Of a stretch of 64,000 nucleotides of DNA, positions 12,430-23,560 are shown in pieces. Both the position numbers and the translations under genes were made by a program. The notes under the pieces are model-generated. The model made no database searches. It was not told where the DNA came from and worked only from the letters and a program-made list of their open reading frames with translations. How positions within the stretch are numbered: position 1 is the first letter of the stretch; each line of letters opens with the position of its first letter. This stretch comes from Asterias rubens. Taxonomy: Eukaryota. The stretch is from assembly GCF_902459465.1 (NCBI RefSeq), contig NC_047075.1, positions 13,020,001 to 13,084,000 on the forward strand, written 5' to 3'.

Positions 12430-15077
12430 AACACATCTCCTTTCTGTTTCTATGGTATATCTACTGTGTGGGTCCACACTGCATTGGTCATGAAACTGGT
12501 CACACATCTCCTTTCTGTTTCTATGGTATATCTACTGTGTGGGTCGACACTGCATTGGTCACGAAACTGGTCACACATCTCCTTTCTGTTTCTATGGTAT
12601 ATCTACTGTGTGGGTCCACACTGCATTGGTCATGAAACTGGTCACACATCTCCTTTCTGTTTCTATGGTATATCTACTGTGTGGGTCCACACTGCATTGG
12701 TCATGAAACTGGTCACACATCTCCTATCTGTTTCTATGGTATATCTATACTGTGTGGGTCCACACTGCATTGGTCATGAAACTGGTCACACATCTCCTTT
12801 CTGTTTCTATGGTATATCTACTGTGTGGGTCCACACTGCATTGGTCATGAAACTGGTCACACATCTCCTATCTGTTTCTATGGTATATCTACTGTGTGGG
12901 TCCACACTGCATTGGTCATGAAACTGGTCACACATCTCCTATCTGTTTCTATGGTATATCTATACTGTGTGGGTCCACACTGCATTGGTCATGAAACTGG
13001 TCACACATCTCCTTTCTGTTTCTATGGTATATCTACTGTGTGGGTCCACACTGCATTGGTCATGAAACTGGTCACACATCTCCTTTCTGTTTCTATGGTA
13101 TATCTACTGTGTGGGTCCACACTGCATTGGTCATGAAACTGGTCACACATCTCCTTTCTGTTTCTATGGTATATCTACTGTGTGGGCCCACACTGCATTG
13201 GTCATGAAACTGGTCACACATCTCCTATCTGTTTCTATGGTATATCTATACTGTGTGGGTCCACACTGCATTGGTCATGAAACTGGTCACACATCTCCTT
13301 TCTGTTTCTATGGTATATCTACTGTGTGGGTCCACACTGCATTGGTCATGAAACTGGTCACACATCTCCTATCTGTTTCTATGGTATATCTACTGTGTGG
13401 GTCCACACTGCATTGGTCATGAAACTGGTCACACATCTCCTTTCTGTTTCTATGGTATATCTACTGTGTGGGTCCACACTGCATTGGTCATGAAACTGGT
13501 AACACATCTCCTTTCTGTTTCTATGGTATATCTACTGTGTGGGTCCACACTGCATTGGTCATGAAACTGGTCACACATCTCCTTTCTGTTTCTATGGTAT
13601 ATCTACTGTGTGGGTCCACACTGCATTGGTCTTGAAACTGGTCACACATCTCCTTTCGGTTTCTATGGTATATCTACTGTGTGGGTCCACACTGCATTGG
13701 TCATGAAACTGGTCACACATATCCTTTCTGTTTCTATGGTATATCTACTGTGTGGGTCCACACTGCATTGGTCATGAAACTGGTCACACATCTCCGTTTT
13801 GTTTCTATGGTATAACTACTGTGTGGGTCCACACTGCATTGGTCATGAAACTGGTCACACATCTCCTTTCTGTTTCTATGGTATATCTACTGTGTGGGTC
13901 CACACTGCATTGGTCATGAAACTGGTCACACATCTCCTATCTGTTTCTATGGTATATCTACTGTGTGGGTCCACACTGCATTGGTCATGAAACTGGTCAC
14001 ACATCTCCTTTCTGTTTCTATGGTATATCTACTGTGTGGGTCGACACTGCATTGGTCACGAAACTGGTCACACATCTCCTTTCTGTTTCTATGGTATATC
14101 TACTGTGTGGGTCCACACTGCATTGGTCATGAAACTGGTCACACATCTCCTTTCTGTTTCTATGGTATATCTACTGTGTGGGTCCACACTGCATTGGTCA
14201 TGAAACTGGTCACACATCTCCTATCTGTTTCTATGGTATATCTATACTGTGTGGGTCCACACTGCATTGGTCATGAAACTGGTCACACATCTCCTTTCTG
14301 TTTCTATGGTATATCTACTGTGTGGGTCCACACTGCATTGGTCATGAAACTGGTCACACATCTCCTATCTGTTTCTATGGTATATCTACTGTGTGGGTCC
14401 ACACTGCATTGGTCATGAAACTGGTCACACATCTCCTTTCTGTTTCAATGGTATATCTACTGTGTGGGTCCACACTGCATTGGTCATGAAACTGGTCACA
14501 CATCTCCTTTCTGTTTCTATGGTATATCTACTGTATGGGCCCACACTGCATTGGTCATGAAACTGGTCACACATCTCCTATCTGTTTCTATGGTATATCT
14601 ATACTGTGTGGGTCCATACTGCATTGGTCATGAAACTGGTCACACATCTCCTTTCTGTTTCTATGGTATATCTACTGTGTGGGTCCACACTGCATTGGTC
14701 ATGAAACTGGTCACACATCTCCTATCTGTTTCTATGGTATATCTACTGTGTGGGTCCACACTGCATTGGTCATGAAACTGGTCACACATCTCCTTTCTGT
14801 TTCTATGGTATATCTACTGTGTGGGTCCACACTGCATTGGTCATGAAACTGGTAACACATCTCCTTTCTGTTTCTATGGTATATCTACTGTGTGGGTCCA
14901 CACTGCATTGGTCTTGAAACTGGTCACACATCTCCTTTCTGTTTCTATGGTATATCTACTGTGTGGGTCCACACTGCATTGGTCATGAAACTGGTCACAC
15001 ATCTCCTTTCTGTTTCTATGGTATATCTACTGTGTGGGTCCACACTGCATTGGTCATGAAACTGGTCACACATCTCT
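12430..15077. repeat. 71-bp minisatellite array, about 37 near-identical copies (73-bp variant with an extra AT)
   Basis: Unit actgtgtgggtccacactgcattggtcatgaaactggtcacacatctcctttctgtttctatggtatatct. A degenerate precursor copy lies at about 12350-12460. Confidence 0.97.
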
Positions 15078-15280
15078 TATCTGATTGTATGGTCCATAGG
15101 TTTATCCCCCCAAGTGGTGACAAAATAAAAATTTCGGCCGATAAAATAATGACGTCATATGAGAAAGGTTTATCCTGCTGGTAAGTCTGACGTAGCCGGA
15201 AGTTCTGTAGTAAGGATGTTAATGAACATGCATCCATTAGTTTACACTGCACTTCCAGCTCCAAAACGTCATCACTTACC

Positions 15281-15996
15281 AGAGGATAACGGTACAGTAT
15301 GAAGGCAAGTTTCGATATCATTCCCCAATTTTCAACACGGATCGACGCCGTTGATGTCTTGTTTACAAAACCTTGCACTGACAGCGTCCCAGCTGCAATG
15401 CCAACGGCAATGGTGGGGTGTGTCACTCGCGCGTTTAGATTCACCTATAAGCAAAACCAGCTTCATTTCTAATTTATTGTATTGTCATATGTATGATAAT
15501 AGTTTCCTTTTAACAAAGGGATGACATTTATGATGTGCTTGGTTTTATGGTTACACCAGGATGTATTTACTCAGTGCTTCATAGAGTAAAGCAGGAAAAA
15601 TCCACAAGCTACTTAGGTGGGATTTGAATTCCTGTGTTACAATACAGCAGATGTTGTAACACTATGAGAATCTTCACTGTGAAACCACCTTGAAATCTCT
15701 TTGAAATCAGGAATTGGCTGAAGTTCACGGAATTAGCTCTCTTTCACCATGCTTTAAGGGAATTGCAATTCCCTTAAATCACCTTGAATAAAGTTAGTCT
15801 CCAGACCATTGCCTGGCCTAATGAATTTCACCATGATTTCAAGGAAGGCTTTCCATGCTAGCCCAGACCTCTTTAATTGGTGAATAATTCTCTGGAATGT
15901 CATTTTCTGACTTCCCCCACTCCATAGTCTCATGGGGGTGATTAGCCAAACAATCATTCTCTACTCAAACCTATGATAACCAGTATTGCTGACCTG
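15281..15996 (-). pseudogene. Possible decayed minus-strand coding exons, family not recognised
   Basis: Minus-strand acceptors ttgtttcag (~15990) and ttatag (~15446) and a donor ctctg|gtaagt (~15281) flank protein-like text with several stops (NHPHETMEWGKSENDIPENYSPIKEVW...; ESKRASDTPHHCRWHCSWDAVSARFCK). Confidence 0.25.
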
Positions 15997-17339
15997 AAAC
16001 AAGGTCAAAACACCAGGTTCACAAATTACCCTCATTAAACAGTAATCTAGTAAGATGTGTTTATGTCAAGGACACCTTGAATACTCGGTGAATACTCCTT
16101 GACATGAAACCACACAACACAGACAACCAAAATAGCCTTGGGCTGTTTTAGGCAGCATAGCACAGTGAAAACAACGTGAAACACTTAGGCTATGGGTAGC
16201 TACAAGAGAACTCTGTGAAAACAAGGTGAAAAGGGGATTTTACATTTTCACTGAGAAAAGTGGAAGTTCACCCCATTTTCACTGAGAAGATTTTCATGCA
16301 GGGATCATAGTGTAGATTGTCACCTGAGTAGCTTTTGGATACTTGCGGAAGTATTTACTATAAACTGCTTATCAAATACACGACAGTACAGTTTATTCAG
16401 TAGTTTTTGTGATTTGATACACAAAACAGATGACTTAGCATCAAAATAAATGTATATAAAGCAAAAATATTTCAGCTTATCCCACCCCCCCCCCAGCCCC
16501 GCCCGAGTGTTGTACACCTTTCCCTCAGCTCTGCCCTGTGAAAATACAACTGTAGGACAGAGAGTAGGTGCATCGCCTAATGCCGTAGTTTTAACGATAG
16601 CACTGGAAACAAACAGGCGATCAATTAATTGTTTATTCAGGACTGAAGGACAGGTCCTTGAAAGAGTTATGATGACGGGAATTAGGAAAACCTTTTTTGC
16701 CTAAATGGATAAAGTAAATTATATTCAGAATAGAATTAGCACTAGCTGGGCCTAATCTGAGTCTTGCTGAGCATGCTGAATCTGACTGAGTACGACCTTA
16801 GTTCATGTAGGTTAGGGTAGTACTAAAACCTAGAGTAGTACTAGTAGTATTAGAAGTTACTAGTGTAGTTACTAGTAGTACAAGTAAAAAGTGTACTAAC
16901 TTTCAGTTGGTCATGCAACGCATAATAATGGCTTTAATGCATAATGCAGTAACCACTGCTGGATATTGTTGTTGAGCAAAATGGTCAAATATTTTCGTTT
17001 TCATGTTCTTATTTCTCCATAATAAACTTGAATCTAACATTAAATTTGCCCAACAAAGCCCTGAAAAATACAATTCAGTCCCGAATTTAAACACTGCATA
17101 GGCCTACTGTCATGACTGTGTGTGTGTGTGTACACACGTATACGTGATTCCGTATCTACGTGCTTTCGAGTCAATAACTGATCAAAAAACAACAGAAATG
17201 CAACCAGTTTAGACTTTGAAACTTACCCACGGAGTGTACGATGTCTTTTTGAAACGTCCACGGAGAAAAATCGCGTTCAAGCAGGTTAAAAATCTCCCAA
17301 AAATGTTGTTTTGGGTTGAAAAATGTTCACGGTGATCAA

Positions 17340-17375
17340 GTACATGCTCGCTTACACGGCCGCCATCTTTAAAGT
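17340..17375 (-). promoter_or_regulatory. YY1-type motif (AAGATGGCGGCCG) in a locally CpG-rich promoter-like stretch
   Basis: cggccgccatctt at 17357-17369 within CpG-rich DNA (about 17130-17400). Confidence 0.3.
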
Positions 17376-17569
17376 GTCCACAAAATGTGACATGAAAGTT
17401 CTTGAAAGAGCCTGAAATAACCCCATTTACAACAAACCCCCTTTTACAGTTCTGTTAAAGTGGGTAGGCGAAAATGCACAATACCGGCATTTACAAGAAA
17501 TTTGTAAAAGGGGGAATTTTTTTTAAATGCCCTACCCCCATTTACAAAATGCACGCAGGAGGCACTGAC

Positions 17570-17670
17570 GTTCGTTCGTTCAGTCTGTTTCAGTCGTTCG
17601 TTCGTTCGTTCGTTCGTTCGTTCGTTTGTTTGTTTTTTGGGGTGTTCGATTGGTTGTTTGTTCGTTTGTT
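17570..17670. repeat. (TTCG)n/(TTTG)n microsatellite
   Basis: Directly visible. Confidence 0.9.
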
Positions 17671-17905
17671 TGTTTGTTGGGGTGTTTGTTGTGGTGTCTG
17701 TTGGCGGGGGGGGGTATGTTTGTCGGGCTGCTGTGTTTTTGTTTATCTAATTTTAGTTCTCATGACGTCTCTTTTGACTTTGCTCTTAATTTTTCAATTT
17801 TTCTTGTGTATAAATTTTCTCTCTGCTTTTTAAAATGTTTATATTCATGTAATAATGTAAATCTGTATTTTAATTCAGTCTCTGGACTGCGACAAGCAGA
17901 TTTTT

Positions 17906-19084
17906 TTACGATAAACCAGTAATAATAATAATAATAATAGGGTATGCATCTTTGCGCGTTACAGCATTCAGCCGTCGATAGTCCACGCAGAATCTTACAC
18001 TACCGTCTTTCTTCCTCACTAGAACGATGGGTGACGCCCAAGGTCCCGAAGCTGGCTTGATGACGCCTTTCTTTAGCATGTCATTTATTTCCTTCTCCGC
18101 CACTTCCCTCTGTTGGAGGGGTAATCTCCTCGGTGGCTGCTTTATAGGAGATGAACTTCCGGTTTCAATACAGTGTTTGACGTTACTTGTTTTACCAATA
18201 TCCCCGTCTCCTTTCGAGAACAGTGCTTGGTTCTTAAGCAGAAGTTTCTTTAATTTGGCTTCTTCGGTTTCATTCAGGCAAGTTGCACTTCTCTGATAAA
18301 GATCATTCAAATGTGGGGGAACTAATCCATATTCTCCTTTGTGAATCACATTACTATCGCCTGATCTTGCGATGTTGATTTGCTCTGATTTCACTTGCTC
18401 GCCTGTATGAAGGTTGGGCCCAACTGCGTCAACTGTTTGGAATGTTCCTGCCGTTGTTCCTTTGTAAAGAGTCACTTGGGTGTCGGTTGGGTTCATCAGT
18501 CTTACTGGCACTGTCCCATCCTTGGTGTTGACTAGCGAGGGTGCTAGCATAAGTTTATTCCTCTTGACAAGACCAAGGGCCGGTTCAATAATCCCATACG
18601 GCACTCCTCTTTCATCCTCGCTGAGTCTTCCTGCTATCACCATTTCTGTCTGCGCCGGCACTACCACCGTTTCAGTAACGGTCACACGACAACTCCGCTG
18701 TTGATCGGAAGTGTCCCTGAGAGGTAACTCTATTCCTCTCCACTGGAGACTATTACTGGTGATGTCAATTGAGCAATTCTCAGATTGCAAGAAGTTTAAA
18801 CCCAGAAGTACCTCATTGCTAATGTCAGCGACGATAAATTTGTGAGAGACTAGGTGACCACCCAACTTCAGATTCGCTGTTACTTCTCCTACGACCACCA
18901 AACTCATATCATTTGCGACGTTCACTTCCACGTCAGTTTTGGCAATGCTACATTGTTCCTTCTTTGACCATTTATTTATTATTCTCTCAGATATAATTGA
19001 CACCGAGGCCCCTGTGTCGACCAGAAGTATTGCCTCTACTCCATTCAAAGTAGCATCTAAAAAATAACCCATTTCCAACGGCAT
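17906..19084 (-). pseudogene. pol: Gypsy pol fragment: retropepsin plus N-terminus of reverse transcriptase
   Basis: LLVDTGASVSII protease motif; PIKQPPRRLP..M L..GVI.PASGPWASPIVLVRKKDGSVRFCVDYRRLNAVTRKDAYP. The terminal IIIII comes from the (AAT)n tract. Confidence 0.95.
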
Positions 19085-19153
19085 TAACCTCCTCCCTTTG
19101 CAGAGAGATGATAGGCCTCGTGTCTACAGCTGAGTCTTGGCCCCCAGGCTCAG

Positions 19154-20877
19154 CTACTGGCAGTTTCCCTGCTTTTCAATGTGTTGAGACTGTTGGACAT
19201 TCACTTGAGCTGGTGCAGTGTTATCACTCCTTCCCAGTAAGGGACAGTTCGGTCTGATATGGCCATACTCCTTGCAATGATAGCACTGAGGGCCCCTTCC
19301 GTCTGACCTCCGGCCCCCGCCTGAATTTCTTCTGTTCAGCTGTTCTGAAATGTTCATTATTTGTTGCTGCAAATCGGCTTGCTCTGCACGTGGTTGAATT
19401 GCCTGAATTGATTCCGTTGGAGTACATGTAACCTGTCTCACGTTGACTTTCTTCAGGTCCACCATCCGACGTTCTTTTTCTGCATTTTGAAGGGCTTCTA
19501 ATTCAACTGCTGCTGCGACGGCCCCATCAAACGTTGTTGTTCTCATTTGGATAACCCTTATTTTTATGTCTCCATCCGACAACGCATCTAGAAAGTGGTC
19601 CCGCCCCATATGATCTTTGCTCTCAGCTAGTAGGTCCACATACACTTTTTCCACCAGTCGTCGGATCTCCTCAGCCATTTCTACAAGTTTTCTGTACCTT
19701 TCTGCCGGCGGTTTCTGAGTTGGGCCCTATAGAGTTCCTTCCTTCCAAGTGGGTCGAAACGGCCCTGCAGTGCTCTCACCAAATTATTGTAGTCTCCCGT
19801 CGCATCTTGTGGCATTGTACTTAGTACCTGCTGTGCTGAACCAGTTAATAGTACGGCCAAAAACTGTAACTTGTCTCTGTCACTCCATTCGTTGAGCTGT
19901 GAGCAAAGCTCAAAATGCTTTAGGTAGGCTGGCCAGGAGGTTTTCCCATCATACCTGTCAGAATTGATTAAAGGTCTAGCTCGTTCTGTCCGCTTAGTAC
20001 TGATCCCATTTTTTTCCCATGTCTTGTCTTTCATGCTATAAAGTGCTTGATGATCATCAGAAGGTTCCGGATTAGATCTAGATCTGACATCATCATTTTG
20101 GGGCTCTTGTGGCTGACCCCCCTGGGCTGATCTCCTCCACGCAGGCATCGGTGCACTTGCTTCTGTTGGCCTATAATTTGTCTGTCCATGTCCACTCCCG
20201 GCAGACAAAACGTTTGGCGCAATGCCCATAAAGTCTGGTGAGGAAAACTCATTTATGGGGGAGCTAACTGATCCGTTCCCGTCTGTCCATGTCGGCAAAC
20301 TTTGCTTTTGCTCGTACATAATGTCACCTTCCAGCAGTCTGCGTGTTGATTCCCTCTGTGGTAGTTCGGGGTTGATGTCAAAAGAGGAAACAAATTGGTT
20401 TGTTGTCGTCCCTGTTGCCCTTTGCAAAAATTCCTGTTCTTTCCCTGAAGCCGAAGGGTACCGAGGGCTTGAGTTTCCAAATCTTCCCAACAATTCCTTT
20501 TGAACTGCCGCTGTACTTCTAGGGATCATACCCCCTGCTGTGTTTAAGTCTGTTGTGCTGCTGTTCGGCAGTCGGACACCAATGGATTCTGTTCCGCTGA
20601 ATTCAACCTGTCAGGGTGTTCGACCTATCTGACGACGCTCATCTGACTTGCTGGTTGGCTCTCCACCGGTTCTTTCTACAAACGGTACAGTCCTTTGCAG
20701 CCTACTGTTTTGTTCCTGTATGCTCTGTGAGATTAGTTCAATCTCTCTTGAAACCTCCTCACACCTCTCCTCCAGAAGGCGTTGGAACGTCAATAGATTT
20801 GGTTGTCGGGATGCCATGCTACTTCGTTGTAAGTGAATAAACAAAGTAATTCTAAAATAAATATTCGGCCGGCCCAA
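19154..20877 (-). pseudogene. gag: Gypsy gag, split by frameshifts into ORFs 20611-20877, 19681-20529 and 19154-19678
   Basis: YDGKTSWPAYLKHFELCSQLNEW..KLQFLAVLLTGSA (retrotransposon gag); zinc knuckle CYHCKEYGHIRPNC; QGNCQ* at the gag-pol junction. The ENL*/MAEEIRRL junction is a 1-nt loss from ENLVEMAEEIRRL. Confidence 0.9.
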
Positions 20878-21319
20878 CCACTCCGCGGCGGCTCCGTTTC
20901 GACTCCGGGTGGCTCTGGTTGCGTCTCCGGGCGGCTGTGCTTCTGTATCCGGGCGGCTCTACTTCTGGCTCCGGGCGGCTCCCCGGGCGTCTTTGGTTAA
21001 TTACAAGTGCCTCGGTTAACATCGCTGGCAATTTTCTAGAGACTCTCAGTCCCCGTCTTTCCCGCACGGCTCGGTATAAACCACTGCCGGTTCCTTGGTG
21101 ACTCCCCGTCTCCGTTGCTTTCTCTCCGGGCTCGGTCTACACCACTGCCGGTTTTTGGCTACTCTCTGTCCCCGTAAATTTCCCCTCTGGCTCGGTATAA
21201 ACCACTACCAGTGTATTGGTGACTCCCTGTCTTCGTTGCTTTCTCTCCGGGCTCGGTCTACACCACTGCCGTTGTTTTATTTCATCCAGTTAAAATCCTA
21301 CTGTGACCTGTGGGCTAAA

Positions 21320-21337
21320 ATCTCGCAGCTGCCACCA
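21320..21337 (-). other. Primer-binding site, tRNA-Leu-type
   Basis: The minus strand reads ...ctaca|t|TGGTGGCAGCtgcgagat, one base after the LTR end. The first 10 nt match the TGGTGGCAGC PBS of tRNA-Leu. Confidence 0.75.
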
Positions 21338-21338
21338 A

Positions 21339-21635
21339 TGTAGCGTTGACTCGAGCGGTCTAAAAGTCTTCGCTGCAGCTAAACAATAATAATAACCGAC
21401 ACAATAAAGAAAATAACTGGTGTGAAGCAATATGTCTCTGTTACTGATAATGGTTTATTCTGTTTCCTTATTCTCTCTTGTCGATTAACTTCTTTTAATG
21501 ATTATCTTTAATTCCTTCTCTTTATTTAACAATAATCTGGGTTCGCAATTACTGACCTGTTCTCTCAATCTGTTCTTTCCTCCAAGCCCGCCAAATCACA
21601 ACTGAAAACGCAGCCCCAAAATACCCACTGCTACG
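21339..21635 (-). repeat. 5' LTR of the Gypsy element (~297 bp)
   Basis: Plus strand runs tgtagcg ... ctgctacg (one terminal base mutated from the TG..CA inverted ends). It is adjacent to the PBS, and AATAAA is present on the minus strand at about 21454. Confidence 0.7.
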
Positions 21636-22224
21636 GCCTGTGGTCAGCACATGCTGTCCATGTGATCCCCACGCGGGGATCACGCGTCGTGCACACACGT
21701 CGTGCACACACAGTTGATGTGCCTGGCACCATTGATGGCTCTGGAACTAGGTCAGCAATGGCGCCCCCATGCGACTGTTTCGCCACAATATTATACTTTA
21801 ACAACATCTTTCTAACCATATCGATTGAATAACAAACGGTTTCAAACGCTTTTCATTGACAAACTAGACTGATCCAAGGCAGCGTGTCCCTTTAAAATTA
21901 ATGTGTTTCATGTTGAAAATTTTGCATGGTTCTCCAATATCGTCCCATGTTTTCACAGGAAATATTTGTTACATTATTGTTGGTGTTATTATTAACACTT
22001 TCATCTTTTGCCGCACTTTTTGTACATTGCAATTTAACAGGCCAATGGATATAAATAGGAAGTCATTGGCGGTCAGCATAACTTCCTCGCAGCCAAGTCA
22101 ATGAACCAGTTGCATCCGCAGAACGAGCTCTTTCAGAGTCACTGGTGCACAGCAAACCTTCACAATGTGATTAATGGGTACCGTCACGACATGACATTCA
22201 GAGATAAGGTACACAATAGTATTC

Positions 22225-23092
22225 TTAAAGGGAATGTACAGTGTTTTTATTTGCCAAAGACCATTGTTCTCACTTGGTGTTCCTATCATAACCATAAAAT
22301 AACAAAAAATTGGGCTCAATTGGTCATCGTAGTTGCAAGAAAATGATGAAAAAAAAACACCCTTGTTGGACGAATTTGTGTGCTTTCAGATAGACATACA
22401 GACTTCTAGCTAGAAGTCTTTTATTATTTTATCTCAAAAACTATGTGACTTCAGAGGGAGTAATTTTCCCCAATGTTTTATACTATCAACAGCTCTTCAA
22501 TGCTAGTTACCAGGTCAGTTTTTAAGTAAATATTTTTTTTAATTAGTTACCAAACGTGTACCTTCCCTTTAAAGGCAGTGGACTCTCTTGGTAATTAATC
22601 AAAATAATTATTAGCATAAAACCTTACTTGGTAACAATTAATTGGGAGAGGTTGGTAAACAAATGGTGTGAGAAATGCAAGGCCTATCACCCCTTGATCT
22701 ATTAGTTCTTAAAGGCACCGCACACTATTGGTAATTACTCAAACAAAATATTACCATAACCTTTCTTGAATACGAGTAATGGGGAGAGGTTGATCGTATA
22801 AAACATTGTGCGAAACGGTTCCCTCTGAAGTGACGTAGTTTTCGAGAATGAAGTAAATTTCCACAAATTTGATCTCGAGTCCTCATAATTAGCTTTCGAG
22901 GTCTCCAAATCAAGCATCTGAAAGCACACATTTTTTTGTGACAAGGGTGTTTTTTCTTTTATTATTATCTCACAAATTCTACGACTAAATTGAGCTCAAA
23001 TTATTACAGGCTTGTTATTTTATGCATATGTTGAGACACAAAGTGAGAAGACTGGTCTTTGACAATTTACTTATAGTGTCCAATGTTCTTAA
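22225..23092. mobile_element. Cluster of three TTAA-flanked MITEs (Kolobok/piggyBac-like)
   Basis: Element 1: ttaa|agggaatgtac ... gtaccttccct|ttaa (22225-22572). Element 2 starts from the same TTAA (aggcagtggac, truncated). Element 3: ttaa|aggcaccgcacac ... gtccaatgttc|ttaa (22709-23092). Confidence 0.65.
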
Positions 23093-23392
23093 ACCTGCTC
23101 CATTCTATCCTTAAAATTGGTGCAATTTGGCAGACAATGGCATGATGCTGGAGTATACAGTAAGCTTTCATTCATAATATTACCCATGTAATATGATGAA
23201 GAATTTTTTTCACAGGACTCGGGAAAAGTACTGAGTGTACCATATATCACATACAGTGCTAACACTTGTATGAGTAAAAAAAGTTGTATTAAGAACTTTG
23301 TTTTGTCGTTGATGCAAATTTAACATCTATACATATCTTAGTTGCAGTACCCACTGCCAAAACCTAGGACATTAACTGCCTCTAGCTACAAG

Positions 23393-23560
23393 GCAATCTC
23401 GGTGGTCTAATTGGTATGACACTGTTCTAGAATTGCAAGGGTTGTGGGTTCAAATCGCACCAGAGTAGTATGCCCATTTTTTTTTTAACCGGACTTAGGA
23501 AATTACCAAGTATACACTTATCTATTTGGTTTGCGCTAACACCATGTGTGTACCTACTTG
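23393..23560 (+). mobile_element. tRNA-derived SINE
   Basis: A-box cggtggtctaattggta and B-box gggttcaaatcgc, followed by a body similar to 23160-23280 and to reverse copies near 15550-15660. Confidence 0.55.

Larger units (their letters stand above)
17940..21635 (-). mobile_element. Gypsy/Ty3 LTR retrotransposon, 3'-truncated and decayed
   Basis: Order on the minus strand is 5' LTR, PBS, gag with CCHC knuckle, aspartic protease, spacer, start of RT. It breaks off into an (AAT)n tract at about 17921-17939. No RNase H, integrase or 3' LTR is present. Confidence 0.93.

Noticed and set aside
12380-12430. Hairpin ggaccctct-acc-agagggtcc followed by tgatgaaac, considered as a ribozyme
   Set aside because: The core motifs are in the wrong order for a hammerhead, so it is treated as a short palindrome in the degenerate first repeat unit.
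12430-15184. ORFs of 60-174 aa in the 71-bp array, and the array as a CRISPR-like locus
   Set aside because: The ORFs are frame-rotating translations of a 71-bp unit (not divisible by 3). There are no unique spacers and no cas genes, and the context is eukaryotic.
23393-23470. tRNA genes here, at 5075-5140 and at 44690-44765
   Set aside because: A- and B-boxes are present, but there is no acceptor stem or cloverleaf and they run into repeat bodies, so they are called SINEs.
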